Shown: piece by piece, positions 22,753-31,075 of the stretch | How the letters are laid out: each line of letters starts with the position of its first letter | Position numbering within the stretch: the stretch's first letter is position 1 | NCBI GenBank assembly: GCA_965199955.1 | Contig: CBDATQ010000001.1 | Coordinates: 1,856,001 to 1,920,000 of the forward strand | DNA: 64,000 nucleotides | Source: Spirochaetia bacterium | GTDB taxonomy: Bacteria; Spirochaetota; Spirochaetia; SZUA-6; Bin103 | Direction of reading: 5' to 3' | Made by a program: the position numbers and the translations under genes | Notes under the pieces: model-generated | The model's database searches: none | What the model saw: the letters and a program-made list of their open reading frames with translations, nothing else | What the model was told of the DNA's origin: nothing

Positions 22753-22982
22753 GACGACAGGCGGACGGGCTGGTGCGGCGTGCGCTCGGGAAGATCGAGA
22801 TCCACTCCATGCGCGGGGCCGAACAGGCTGACAGCCACGTCGCCGATGCGTTCCGGAGTCGAGACCGCCTGTCTGATGATCGTTCTGGTCTCTTCTTCCA
22901 TGGATCGCCCATTGCGCGCCGCGCGAAGGCGCAAGCGGCGCATCGTTTCTTCGTCCAGACGTCTGACACTCAGGCTCCCCAT
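22749..22982 (-). CDS. vapB: FitA/VapB ribbon-helix-helix antitoxin
   Basis: LSVRRLDEETMRRLRLRAARNGRSMEEETRTII; GAGGAGG-type RBS. Confidence 0.9.
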   Translation of the reverse strand: MGSLSVRRLDEETMRRLRLRAARNGRSMEEETRTIIRQAVSTPERIGDVAVSLFGPAHGVDLDLPERTPHQPVRLSS

Positions 22983-23148
22983 CTCTTCCTCCTCGCTTCG
23001 AATCCGTAGTGATGCTATCACGTGCACGCAACGCACTCATTCGATTGCATGACGAGCTCCGCGAGCTACGGCGTCGTTCGTTCAAGGCTCATCCTTGGGT
23101 GGCGAGGCCGCACGACGTATACTTGATGCAGCCGTTGAGGCTGGGACG

Positions 23149-23730
23149 ATGTTGCAGGGTCTGTTCTGGTTCACCGCGATCTTCGGCGTCGGTGTGACGC
23201 TGATCGATCTGCTGGGCCTGATCGGCTCCGGCGGCCAGGCGGACGGCGCCGCGGGCGACGACGGTTCCGCCGGCGAGGAGGGGGGAGGCGAGGTTTCGGG
23301 CGGCGCTCCGGTCCTCTCGTTCCTGCGCTACGTCCGCACGGCCATCTACTTCTGCCTGGGATTCGGGCCGTTCGGACTGGCGTCGACCGCGTTCGGCTCG
23401 GGGCCGGTTGGCAGCTTGGTGTGGGCGCTCGCGGGAGGCAGCGCGGTCGCCGTGCTGGCCCGCCTGTTCTTCCGCCTGCAGCGCACGGACCTTGATTCCA
23501 GCATCAGGGAAGAGGAGCTTCTGTTCGAGCAGGCTACCGTGATCGCCCCGATCGCCGACGGCGGCATGGGCAAGGTACGCATCAGCCTGGGCCAGTCGGT
23601 GGCGGAACGCTACGCGCTGGCCGAGAATCCCGAGGAGCGCTTCGCCGTCGACGCGAGCGTACAGGTGGCGCAGGTCACCGACCGGTGCGTGTACGTGCGT
23701 GCACTGGATGCTCAGCGAGAGCTTCCGTGA
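23149..23730 (+). CDS. NfeD/YqiJ-like membrane protein
   Basis: Three hydrophobic segments then a C-terminal OB-fold pattern (ATVIAPIADGGMGKVRI...VQVAQVTDRCVYV), directly upstream of flotillins. Confidence 0.75.
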   Translation: MLQGLFWFTAIFGVGVTLIDLLGLIGSGGQADGAAGDDGSAGEEGGGEVSGGAPVLSFLRYVRTAIYFCLGFGPFGLASTAFGSGPVGSLVWALAGGSAVAVLARLFFRLQRTDLDSSIREEELLFEQATVIAPIADGGMGKVRISLGQSVAERYALAENPEERFAVDASVQVAQVTDRCVYVRALDAQRELP

Positions 23731-23784
23731 CGACGGGATCGAAGCGCTGGCGCCGATCGCACCGTAGATAAGGCTGGAGGAGCC

Positions 23785-25152
23785 ATGGAAGGGTTTGTAG
23801 GCGGCGCGATCGCCGCGGTGGCCGTGTTCTTCGTGATCGTCGGGGGGCTCCGGTCCCTCATCAAGGTCTGTCCCCCCAACCAGGTGCTGGTGGTGACCGG
23901 CACCAAGACGCAGGTCGGCGGCAAGAGCTATGGCTTCCGGTTGCAGCGCGGCGGGTGGACGTTCGTGATCCCGTTCTTTCAGAGCGCGCAGGGGCTGGAG
24001 TTGTCGACCATCCCGATCGACGTGCGCGTGGAGGGGGTGAATGCCGCCAACGGAATTACCGTCGGCGCCGACGCGACCGCCTGCGTCTGCGTCGATCACG
24101 AGGACGACGGGCTCCTGTACTCGGCCGTCGAGCGGCTGATGGGCAAGTCGCGGGGAGAGATCCAGGAGCAGATCCAGCAGACCATGGTCGGCAACTTCCG
24201 CGGCGCGCTCAACAAGACCACCCCGCTGCAGGCGATCGGCATGCTGGAGAGCGTCGACGAGGAGGATCGGGTCGGCGAGGGCGGTGTCCGCGCCGAAGCC
24301 GGCGCCGACAGCGCGGACGCGGAAGGCGAGCGCGCCCAGTTCCGGGCGGAGCTGCTGCGCGACAGCAACCAGGACCTGGCCACCTTCGGCATGCGCGTCG
24401 TGTCGGTGTCGCTGCAGAAGATCTGGGACACCTCCAACTACATCGCCAACCTGGCCAACAAGACGCTGTCCCGCAAGCGCCAGGAGGTGGAGATCGAGGA
24501 GGCCCGCCTCAAGGCGCAGGCAGAGCGCGCGGAGTCGGACGCCAAGCGGCGCGAGGCCGTGGCCGAGAACACCGCGAACGAGAAGATCATCGCCGCCCAG
24601 CAGGAGCTGGAGGTGCTCAGGCGCACCGCCGAGGCGGAGGTGGAGCAGTCTCGCCTGGAGGCCGACAGCGCGATAGAGCGGGCCGACAGCGAAGGCGAGC
24701 GGTCCGTCCAGGAGATTGCGGTGGAGCTGCGCAAGCTCAAGAACGTCTCCGACGTGACGCTGGAGGCGGACACCAAGCGGCAGGCCGCGGAGATCCTGGC
24801 CAGCGGCCAGAACCAGGCCGTGCAGATCGTCGAATCGACCCAGAACGACCTGCTGGACCAGAAGGCGAGGATGGTCGCGGAGGCCGACGTCGGCAGGATC
24901 GCGCTGTTCGTCCAGCAGCAGCTCCCGGGGCTGTTCGCGGCCTACGAGCGCTACGCGCGGGAGATGGCGATCGACAACGTCGTGATCATGGATAACGAGC
25001 GGGGCATGAACGGGTTGCTGAATCGCGGCCCGGATGCCTTCGTCGACTTCCTGCACAAGTTCGAGGAGGGATTCGGCATCAGCGTCAAGGAGCTGATGAC
25101 CCAGGCCGGCGCCGACGGCGCCACGGCGGACACGCCGGAGGAGCGCTCATGA
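23785..25152 (+). CDS. Flotillin/SPFH-domain protein
   Basis: N-terminal TM, VCPPNQVLVVTG, GGWTFVIPF, Ala/Glu-rich coiled-coil C-half. Confidence 0.88.
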   Translation: MEGFVGGAIAAVAVFFVIVGGLRSLIKVCPPNQVLVVTGTKTQVGGKSYGFRLQRGGWTFVIPFFQSAQGLELSTIPIDVRVEGVNAANGITVGADATACVCVDHEDDGLLYSAVERLMGKSRGEIQEQIQQTMVGNFRGALNKTTPLQAIGMLESVDEEDRVGEGGVRAEAGADSADAEGERAQFRAELLRDSNQDLATFGMRVVSVSLQKIWDTSNYIANLANKTLSRKRQEVEIEEARLKAQAERAESDAKRREAVAENTANEKIIAAQQELEVLRRTAEAEVEQSRLEADSAIERADSEGERSVQEIAVELRKLKNVSDVTLEADTKRQAAEILASGQNQAVQIVESTQNDLLDQKARMVAEADVGRIALFVQQQLPGLFAAYERYAREMAIDNVVIMDNERGMNGLLNRGPDAFVDFLHKFEEGFGISVKELMTQAGADGATADTPEERS

Positions 25153-26408
25153 GCGTCTTCGTCATCGTATTCATTCTTCTGGTCGTCGTCACGCTCATCA
25201 TCCAGCTTGTCACCAAGATGAAGATCGTCGGCGCCGACGAGCTGGCGATCGTCGCCGGCAAGGGCAAGGCGTTCTCGTGGCTGCGTGGCGGGCGCGTGTT
25301 CGTGTTCCCGCTTATCCACCGCTTCTTCCGGATGGACATGCGGCCCCGCACCACCAGCGTGCGCGTGGAGTCGGCGATCGCGGCCGGCATCGTGCCGCTC
25401 ACCGTGGTCGCCACCGTGAGCTTTGCGGTGGCCTCATCCGGCGACGGGCTGCGCAACGCGATCCGGCGGATCCTGCTGATGACCCGCGACTGGAGCGAGC
25501 TCACCGGCATCGCCACCGGCATCATCGAGGGGCATCTGCGCGACTCGATCGCGACCATGACGCCCGAGGAGGTGATGCAGGACAAGGACCGGCTGGTGCA
25601 GAACATGATCCGCGTCTGCAAGAGTGACCTGGAGGGCATCGGCCTGGAGATCACGGCGATGAACATCGCCGACGTGGACGACCATCGCCTGGACGGCGTG
25701 CGCGAGCCGGAGCTCTACATCGCCCTGTTGAAGCGGATCCAGTCCGCGAACGCCGAATCGCAGTCACGCGCCGCGCAGGCGCAGGCGCACGCGGCGGCCA
25801 AGGAGGAGTCCGAGACGCGGCGCGCGGAGGTTGCGGTGCGCGATGCCCAGAACGCCAAGGAGAGCCTGTTGGCGGAGACGCGCGTGAACGTGGCGCAGGA
25901 GACGCAGCGCAGCGCGATCGGCGTGCGCCGGGCCGAGCGCGACGCGCAGGCCAAGGTGGCCGGCATCAAGGCCCAGATCGGCGCGGAGCAGCAGCGTATC
26001 GCGATGCTCAAGGAGCGTTACCGCGCGGAGATCCTGATCCCCGCGGAGGCGGAACAGGAGCGCATGACGCTGCAGGCGAAGGCCGAAGCGGCCGAGCGGC
26101 GCGGACGCGCGCAGGGTGAGATCGATCAGCTCAACCGCACGATCGAGATCCTCCGCAAGGGCGGCCAGGCCGGACTTGCCGCCTACATCATCGAGAACTT
26201 CGAGAAGTTCATCGAGCCGTTCTCGCAGACGCTGTCGCTGTTCCCGGCCAAGCACGCCACGGTCATCTCCGGGGCAGGCGGGACGCACGCGCCGATCTCC
26301 GGCGTGCATCCGCACCCGGTGGAGGAGCAGAAGGCGCGGTTGACGCTCCAGGCGCTGGGTGCGATCTCGACGGCCGCAGGGGCTGCGACCGAGCCGCGGA
26401 AGGGATAG
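25149..26408 (+). CDS. Flotillin/SPFH-domain protein (second paralog)
   Basis: N-terminal TM, GGRVFVFPLIH, EGHLRDSIATMTPEEV, DLEGIGLEI, coiled coil. Confidence 0.88.
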   Translation: MSVFVIVFILLVVVTLIIQLVTKMKIVGADELAIVAGKGKAFSWLRGGRVFVFPLIHRFFRMDMRPRTTSVRVESAIAAGIVPLTVVATVSFAVASSGDGLRNAIRRILLMTRDWSELTGIATGIIEGHLRDSIATMTPEEVMQDKDRLVQNMIRVCKSDLEGIGLEITAMNIADVDDHRLDGVREPELYIALLKRIQSANAESQSRAAQAQAHAAAKEESETRRAEVAVRDAQNAKESLLAETRVNVAQETQRSAIGVRRAERDAQAKVAGIKAQIGAEQQRIAMLKERYRAEILIPAEAEQERMTLQAKAEAAERRGRAQGEIDQLNRTIEILRKGGQAGLAAYIIENFEKFIEPFSQTLSLFPAKHATVISGAGGTHAPISGVHPHPVEEQKARLTLQALGAISTAAGAATEPRKG

Positions 26409-26416
26409 CACGACGG

Positions 26417-26440
26417 GGCGCGCGGCGTTCGCCGCGCGCC
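26417..26440. terminator. GC hairpin between convergent genes
   Basis: GGCGCGCGGC-GTTC-GCCGCGCGCC. Confidence 0.55.
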
Positions 26441-26441
26441 G

Positions 26442-27320
26442 TCAGTCGATGATCTTGTTCAGCGGATACTCGACGATGCCGCAGGCGCCCGCTTCCTTGA
26501 GACGCGGGATGATGTCGCGCACCACCGACTCGTCGATGATGGTGTCGACGGCGACCCAGCCGCCGTCCGCCAGCGGGGAGACGGTCGGCTTCAGCAGCGC
26601 CGGCAGCGCCTTCAGGATCGCGTCCAGGCTCTTCTGCGGGACGTTCATCATCAGCCCGACCTTGCCCTCGGCGGCCATGGCGCCGCGCAGCATGAGAGTG
26701 ATGTTCTCGATCTTCTTGCGCTTCCAGGGGTCCTGCCAGGAGTCCCGGTTGGCGATCAGGCGCGGGGTGCTGGTCAGGATGGTGTCGACGATGCGGAGGT
26801 TGTTGGCGCGCAGCGAGCTGCCGGTCTCGGTCACTTCCACGATCGCGTCGGCAAGCTGCGGCGGCTTGACCTCGGTCGCTCCCCACGAGAACTCGACGTG
26901 CGCCTCAACGCCGTGGCCTTTCAGGTAGTCGGTGGTGAGGTTCACCGCCTCGGTCGCGATGTGCTTGCCCTGCAGGTCCCTGGGGCCTCGGATCGGCGAG
27001 TCCTCGGGCACGGCCAGGACCCAGCGCGTCGGCCGGCGGCTCACCTTGGAGTAGACCAGCTCGGCGACCTCGACCACCTGGGCACGGTTCTCGACGATCC
27101 AGTCGTGGCCGGTCAGGCCGGCGTCCATCACGCCGTCCTGCACGTAGCGGGCCATCTCCTGCGCTCGGATCAGGATGCACTGGATCTCCGGGTCGTCGAT
27201 CTCGGGGTAGTAGGAGCGGGAGCGGAAGGTGATCCGGTAGCCGGCCTGATGGAACAGGCCGGCGGTCGCCTCCTGCAGGCTGCCGGCCGGGATGCCGAGC
27301 TTGAGGATGCTTTTGTCCAT
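26442..27320 (-). CDS. hisG: ATP phosphoribosyltransferase (long form)
   Basis: [40 protein letters not shown] and C-terminal regulatory domain PTVSPL. Confidence 0.96.
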   Translation of the reverse strand: MDKSILKLGIPAGSLQEATAGLFHQAGYRITFRSRSYYPEIDDPEIQCILIRAQEMARYVQDGVMDAGLTGHDWIVENRAQVVEVAELVYSKVSRRPTRWVLAVPEDSPIRGPRDLQGKHIATEAVNLTTDYLKGHGVEAHVEFSWGATEVKPPQLADAIVEVTETGSSLRANNLRIVDTILTSTPRLIANRDSWQDPWKRKKIENITLMLRGAMAAEGKVGLMMNVPQKSLDAILKALPALLKPTVSPLADGGWVAVDTIIDESVVRDIIPRLKEAGACGIVEYPLNKIID

Positions 27321-27331
27321 GGGAGGGCCGG

Positions 27332-27754
27332 CTACGACTTGCTGGCGTAGACCTCGGCGGGGTCGAACACGCGCTCCGCGACGACCTGCAGATCGTCGTC
27401 CGTCACCTGGCGGAAGAAGCAGCTCCGGTAGCCCTCGTGGCATGCCGCGCCGCCGATCTGGCGCACCCTGACCAGCACCGCGTCGGCGTCGCAGTCGACG
27501 TAGATCCCGTGCACTTCCTGCACGTTGCCGGACTCCTCGCCCTTGCGCCAGAGGCTGTTGCGGCTGCGCGAGAAGTAACACACGCGGCCGGTGCGTAGCG
27601 TCTCCTCGAACGCCTCCCGGTTCATGTGGGCCATCATGAGCACCTCGCCGGTCTCATGGTCCTGGGCGATCACCGGGACGAGGCCGCCGGCCTTCTCGAA
27701 GTCGACCACGCGGCCGGCGGCGGAACCCTCCCCGTTTCCCGTATCAGGTTTCAT
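27332..27754 (-). CDS. hisI: Phosphoribosyl-AMP cyclohydrolase
   Basis: [39 protein letters not shown]. Confidence 0.96.
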   Translation of the reverse strand: MKPDTGNGEGSAAGRVVDFEKAGGLVPVIAQDHETGEVLMMAHMNREAFEETLRTGRVCYFSRSRNSLWRKGEESGNVQEVHGIYVDCDADAVLVRVRQIGGAACHEGYRSCFFRQVTDDDLQVVAERVFDPAEVYASKS

Positions 27755-27760
27755 GGCGGC

Positions 27761-27769
27761 ACTCTACCA
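27761..27769 (-). promoter_or_regulatory. Extended -10 (TGGTAGAGT) 6 nt before the hisI ATG
   Basis: TGGTAGAGT-GCCGCC-ATG with no SD. Confidence 0.6.
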
Positions 27770-27835
27770 CGCAGCCGGGGCTGCTGGTTCAACGCATGGC
27801 CGGCGCGGCATACTCGCAACGTCCAAGGAGGCCCC

Positions 27836-27985
27836 ATGCTCACCGACAAGCAATTCCAGCACTATCGGACCTTCGGGTTCATCGTCCTGCGCGACTTCTT
27901 CACGCCAACGGAGGTGGAGACCCTGCGCGCCGAGTACGAGGCGGAGCTCGGCTACTTCGAGTTGCCGGCGGGGAGCGCGGCATGA
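27836..27985 (+). pseudogene. 49-aa internally deleted PhyH-family dioxygenase
   Basis: AAGGAGG RBS; MLTDKQFQHYRTFGFIVLRDFFTPTEVETLRAEY (PhyH N-terminus) joined to ELGYFELPAGSAA*; stop overlaps the next ATG (ATGA). Confidence 0.8.
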
Positions 27986-29076
27986 AGCGGTACCGCGTCG
28001 GCATCATCGGCCTGGGCCGCATGGGCAGCACCATCGACGACGAAGGCCACAGCAGGCAGCCGTACTCGATCGCCGCCTCGTGCCGCGCCAGCGACCGCCT
28101 GGAGGTGGCGACCGCCGCCGACCTGCGGCCCGAGCGGCGGGAGGCGTTCCGCGAGCGCTGGGGTGTCAAGGCGGTGTACGAGGACTACCGGCAGATGGTC
28201 GCCGAGCAGCGCCCCGACCTGGTGGCGGTCTGCACCACCGCCTCGGGTCTGCAGAAGCCGGCCAACCAGGCTCCGGATGCGGGCTTCCGCGGCGACTCGC
28301 ACGCGGAGCTTACCGTGGCGCTGGCGGAGCTCGGCGTGCCGATGCTGTACATGGAGAAGGCGATGGCGAGCTCGCCGCGCATGGCCGATGCCGCCCGAGA
28401 CGCCTGCATGGCCGCCGGCACGCGGTTCAACGCCGGCGTGCTGCGCCGCTTCGACAACCGCTACGACGCCGTGCGGCAGGCGATCGCCGACGGCGCGATC
28501 GGCACGCCGCAGGCGGCCGTCCACTATGCCAAGAGCAACCTCATGCACGGCCACGTGCACTCCATCGACACGCTGTCGTTCCTGCTCGGCGACCCGCCCA
28601 TCGAGGCGATCCGCGGCGAGCTGCTGCCGCGAGAGGAGGGCGGCGGCCCGCGGCCGGTGGAGGGAGACCACATTCCCAGCGACCCGGACGCGACCTTTCA
28701 GCTCCGCTTCGCCGGCGGCGTGGAGGCGTGGTCGGTGCCGGCAGGCAACTGGGAGTTCGAGGTGTTCGGCAGCGAGGGGGTGATCCGCTCGGAGAACAAC
28801 GGCGCCGGCATCACGCTGCGCACGGCAGCCGGTCCCGGCCGCCGGCCTGACGTGGTTCCCGCTCCGATCGAGGTCCCGGAGGCACGCAGCCCGGTGGTGG
28901 CATGCCTGGAGGACCTGATCGACGCGTACGAGTCAGGCCGGCCGACGCGGAGCCCGGTCGACCTCAGCGCCCGCATCGTGGACGCCTGCGTGGCCGTCGC
29001 CGACAGCCATCGGCGCGGGGGCGCCTGGGTCGACCTGCCGCTGGACGCGCGCGACCTGTACATCTTTCACGTGTAG
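27982..29076 (+). CDS. Gfo/Idh/MocA-family oxidoreductase
   Basis: VGIIGLGRMG Rossmann motif, PDLVAVCT, YMEKAMA. Confidence 0.9.
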   Translation: MKRYRVGIIGLGRMGSTIDDEGHSRQPYSIAASCRASDRLEVATAADLRPERREAFRERWGVKAVYEDYRQMVAEQRPDLVAVCTTASGLQKPANQAPDAGFRGDSHAELTVALAELGVPMLYMEKAMASSPRMADAARDACMAAGTRFNAGVLRRFDNRYDAVRQAIADGAIGTPQAAVHYAKSNLMHGHVHSIDTLSFLLGDPPIEAIRGELLPREEGGGPRPVEGDHIPSDPDATFQLRFAGGVEAWSVPAGNWEFEVFGSEGVIRSENNGAGITLRTAAGPGRRPDVVPAPIEVPEARSPVVACLEDLIDAYESGRPTRSPVDLSARIVDACVAVADSHRRGGAWVDLPLDARDLYIFHV

Positions 29077-29676
29077 ACCGGCAGCGTTCAGCGCCGGCCC
29101 GGCGGCGGTCAGCTCGGCGAAGCGAAAGCAGCCGGTCACGTGGTCGTTGACCACGCCCACCGCCTGCAGGTGGGAGTACACGATGGTAGGCCCGACGAAG
29201 CGGAAGCCGCGCGACTTGAGGTCGCGGCTCACCTGCCGGGACAGCTCGGTCTCGGCCGGGAGCTCGCTGTGGTCGCGCCAGCCGCCCACCACCGTCCGGC
29301 CGTCGACGAAGCGCCACAGGTAGGCGCAGAAGCTTCCGAACTGCTCCTGAACGGCAAGGAAGGCGCGCGCGTTGTCGATCGAGGCGGCTACCTTGAGCCG
29401 GTTGCGCACGATCTCCGGGTTGCCGAGCAGCGCCGCGCGCTCGGCGTCGCCGTAGCGGGCCACGCGCACCGGATCGAAGCCCCGGTAGGCGCGCCGGTAG
29501 CCGGCCCGCTTGTGCAGGATGGTGCGCCAGCTCAACCCAGCCTGCGCCCCCTCCAGGACCAGGAACTCGAACTGCGCCCGGTCGTCGTCGCGGATCGGCG
29601 TGCCCCACTCGGTGTCGTGGTACGCCTGCATCTGCTCGTCGCCCGCGCACCAGTCGCACCGGCGGCGCTCGGTCAT
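28933..29676 (-). CDS. tag: DNA-3-methyladenine glycosylase I, with a C-terminal read-through extension
   Basis: RRCDW, YHDTEWG, LEGAQAGLSW, IVRNRLK, FRFVGPT, NDHVTGCFR. Confidence 0.93.
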   Translation of the reverse strand: MTERRRCDWCAGDEQMQAYHDTEWGTPIRDDDRAQFEFLVLEGAQAGLSWRTILHKRAGYRRAYRGFDPVRVARYGDAERAALLGNPEIVRNRLKVAASIDNARAFLAVQEQFGSFCAYLWRFVDGRTVVGGWRDHSELPAETELSRQVSRDLKSRGFRFVGPTIVYSHLQAVGVVNDHVTGCFRFAELTAAGPALNAAGLHVKDVQVARVQRQVDPGAPAPMAVGDGHAGVHDAGAEVDRAPRRPA

Positions 29677-29682
29677 GGCGGG

Positions 29683-29691
29683 ACGATACCA
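29683..29691 (-). promoter_or_regulatory. Extended -10 (TGGTATCGT) 6 nt before the tag ATG
   Basis: TGGTATCGT-CCCGCC-ATG with no SD. Confidence 0.6.
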
Positions 29692-29956
29692 CGGCCGGCC
29701 TGTACGGCTTCGCCAACCCACGAGCTGACCCACGGCACGGTGTTTCGCGCGAAATGGCTGGGCCGCCTGCCAGGTAGATCATCGGATCGGGATGCGTCGA
29801 TGGGACCGATCGGCACAGCCGGGGGCGGGGATATGACGATTCCCGACGCCGTAACGGCCGGCGGCACAGGACGAGCGCTACCGGATGGTCTGTCTGACTG
29901 CATTTGGTAGCACTGAGGGAACGGGGCATGATTGCGGTCACGGAGGAGGAACCGCC

Positions 29957-31075
29957 ATGCCCACGATCCGCCTGGTCGACCATCACACCGTGTACGACAA
30001 CCCGGTGCCGAGCCTGCGCAGCCGGCACGCCTACTTCCCCGGTCTGGTGGCGCTGCCGTCCGGAGAGTTGCTCGCCCTGTTCGTGCTCGGCGAGGCGATG
30101 GAGGCCACGGACGGCACGACCATGGTGTCCCGCTCGGCCGACGGCGGCCGCACGTGGGAGCTGCAGGGGCCGCTCCACGAGCGGCCGGCGAGCGGCGCGG
30201 GCGCGCACTACTCGGACTACCTCAAGGCGACCGTGCTGGCCGACGGCCGGCTGATCGCCGCCGGTTACAACTTCCACCGGAGCGGGCGGGACGAGCCGGT
30301 GACCAACGCCGCGACCGACGGCGTGCGCGGCGGTGACAACCTGGTGTCGTTCTCGGACGACGACGGCAGGACGTGGTCGCCGCCCGCGGTGATCCCGCGT
30401 ACCCGACCCGAGCTGATCGAGCTGTCCGGGCCGACCATCCAGGTCGCCGGCGGCGCGATCCTGGGCGCGGGCTCGATGTTCCCGCGCTGGGACGGGAGCA
30501 ACCCGTCCGGCTGCGTGGGCGCGTTGCTGCGCAGTGACGACGGCGGCGCCACCTGGGACGACCGGACCGACTTCTTCGTCGACCCGGCCGGACGCTACGC
30601 TCCGTCCGAGCCCCGGCTGTGCGAGCTGCCGGACGGCCGGATCGTCGCCCTGTCATGGATCATGGACCACGTCGGCGGCACCAACCTCACCAACCACGTC
30701 ACGATCTCCCACGACGGCGGCGCCACCTGGTCGGCGCCGATCGACACCGGCGTGGCGGCGCAGGCATCGAGCCTGGTCTCCTGGGACGGCGACCTGGTGC
30801 TCACCGTCCACTCGCAGCGCGAGGGCAGCGACATCGGCGTCTACGCGCGGCTGGCCGATCTGGCTGGCGACCGCTGGCGGACGATCACGGAGTCCTGCCT
30901 GTGGGAGAACGCGCCGGCCATGCAGATCGCGGCCTACGCGACCATGGGGGTCAATCTCAAGTTCGGCCAGCCGTCGCTGCTGCGCCTGTCGGAGACCGAG
31001 GTCCTGGCCACCCATTGGGCGGTCGAGGACGGGCAGGGGCGGATCCTCACGCACCGTCTGCACGTGGAGGCGTAG
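29957..31075 (+). CDS. BNR/Asp-box sialidase-fold protein
   Basis: Four Asp-boxes (SADGGRTW, SDDDGRTW, SDDGGATW, SHDGGATW); GGAGGAGG RBS; no signal peptide. Confidence 0.85.
   Translation: MPTIRLVDHHTVYDNPVPSLRSRHAYFPGLVALPSGELLALFVLGEAMEATDGTTMVSRSADGGRTWELQGPLHERPASGAGAHYSDYLKATVLADGRLIAAGYNFHRSGRDEPVTNAATDGVRGGDNLVSFSDDDGRTWSPPAVIPRTRPELIELSGPTIQVAGGAILGAGSMFPRWDGSNPSGCVGALLRSDDGGATWDDRTDFFVDPAGRYAPSEPRLCELPDGRIVALSWIMDHVGGTNLTNHVTISHDGGATWSAPIDTGVAAQASSLVSWDGDLVLTVHSQREGSDIGVYARLADLAGDRWRTITESCLWENAPAMQIAAYATMGVNLKFGQPSLLRLSETEVLATHWAVEDGQGRILTHRLHVEA

Noticed and set aside
26442..27754. hisI-hisG separated from the other his genes
   Set aside because: Split his operons are common and not notable.
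29750..29830. Minus-strand peptide HPDPMIYLAGGP resembling an alpha/beta-hydrolase motif
   Set aside because: Only about 12 residues with no supporting flanks; could be another remnant but cannot be supported.
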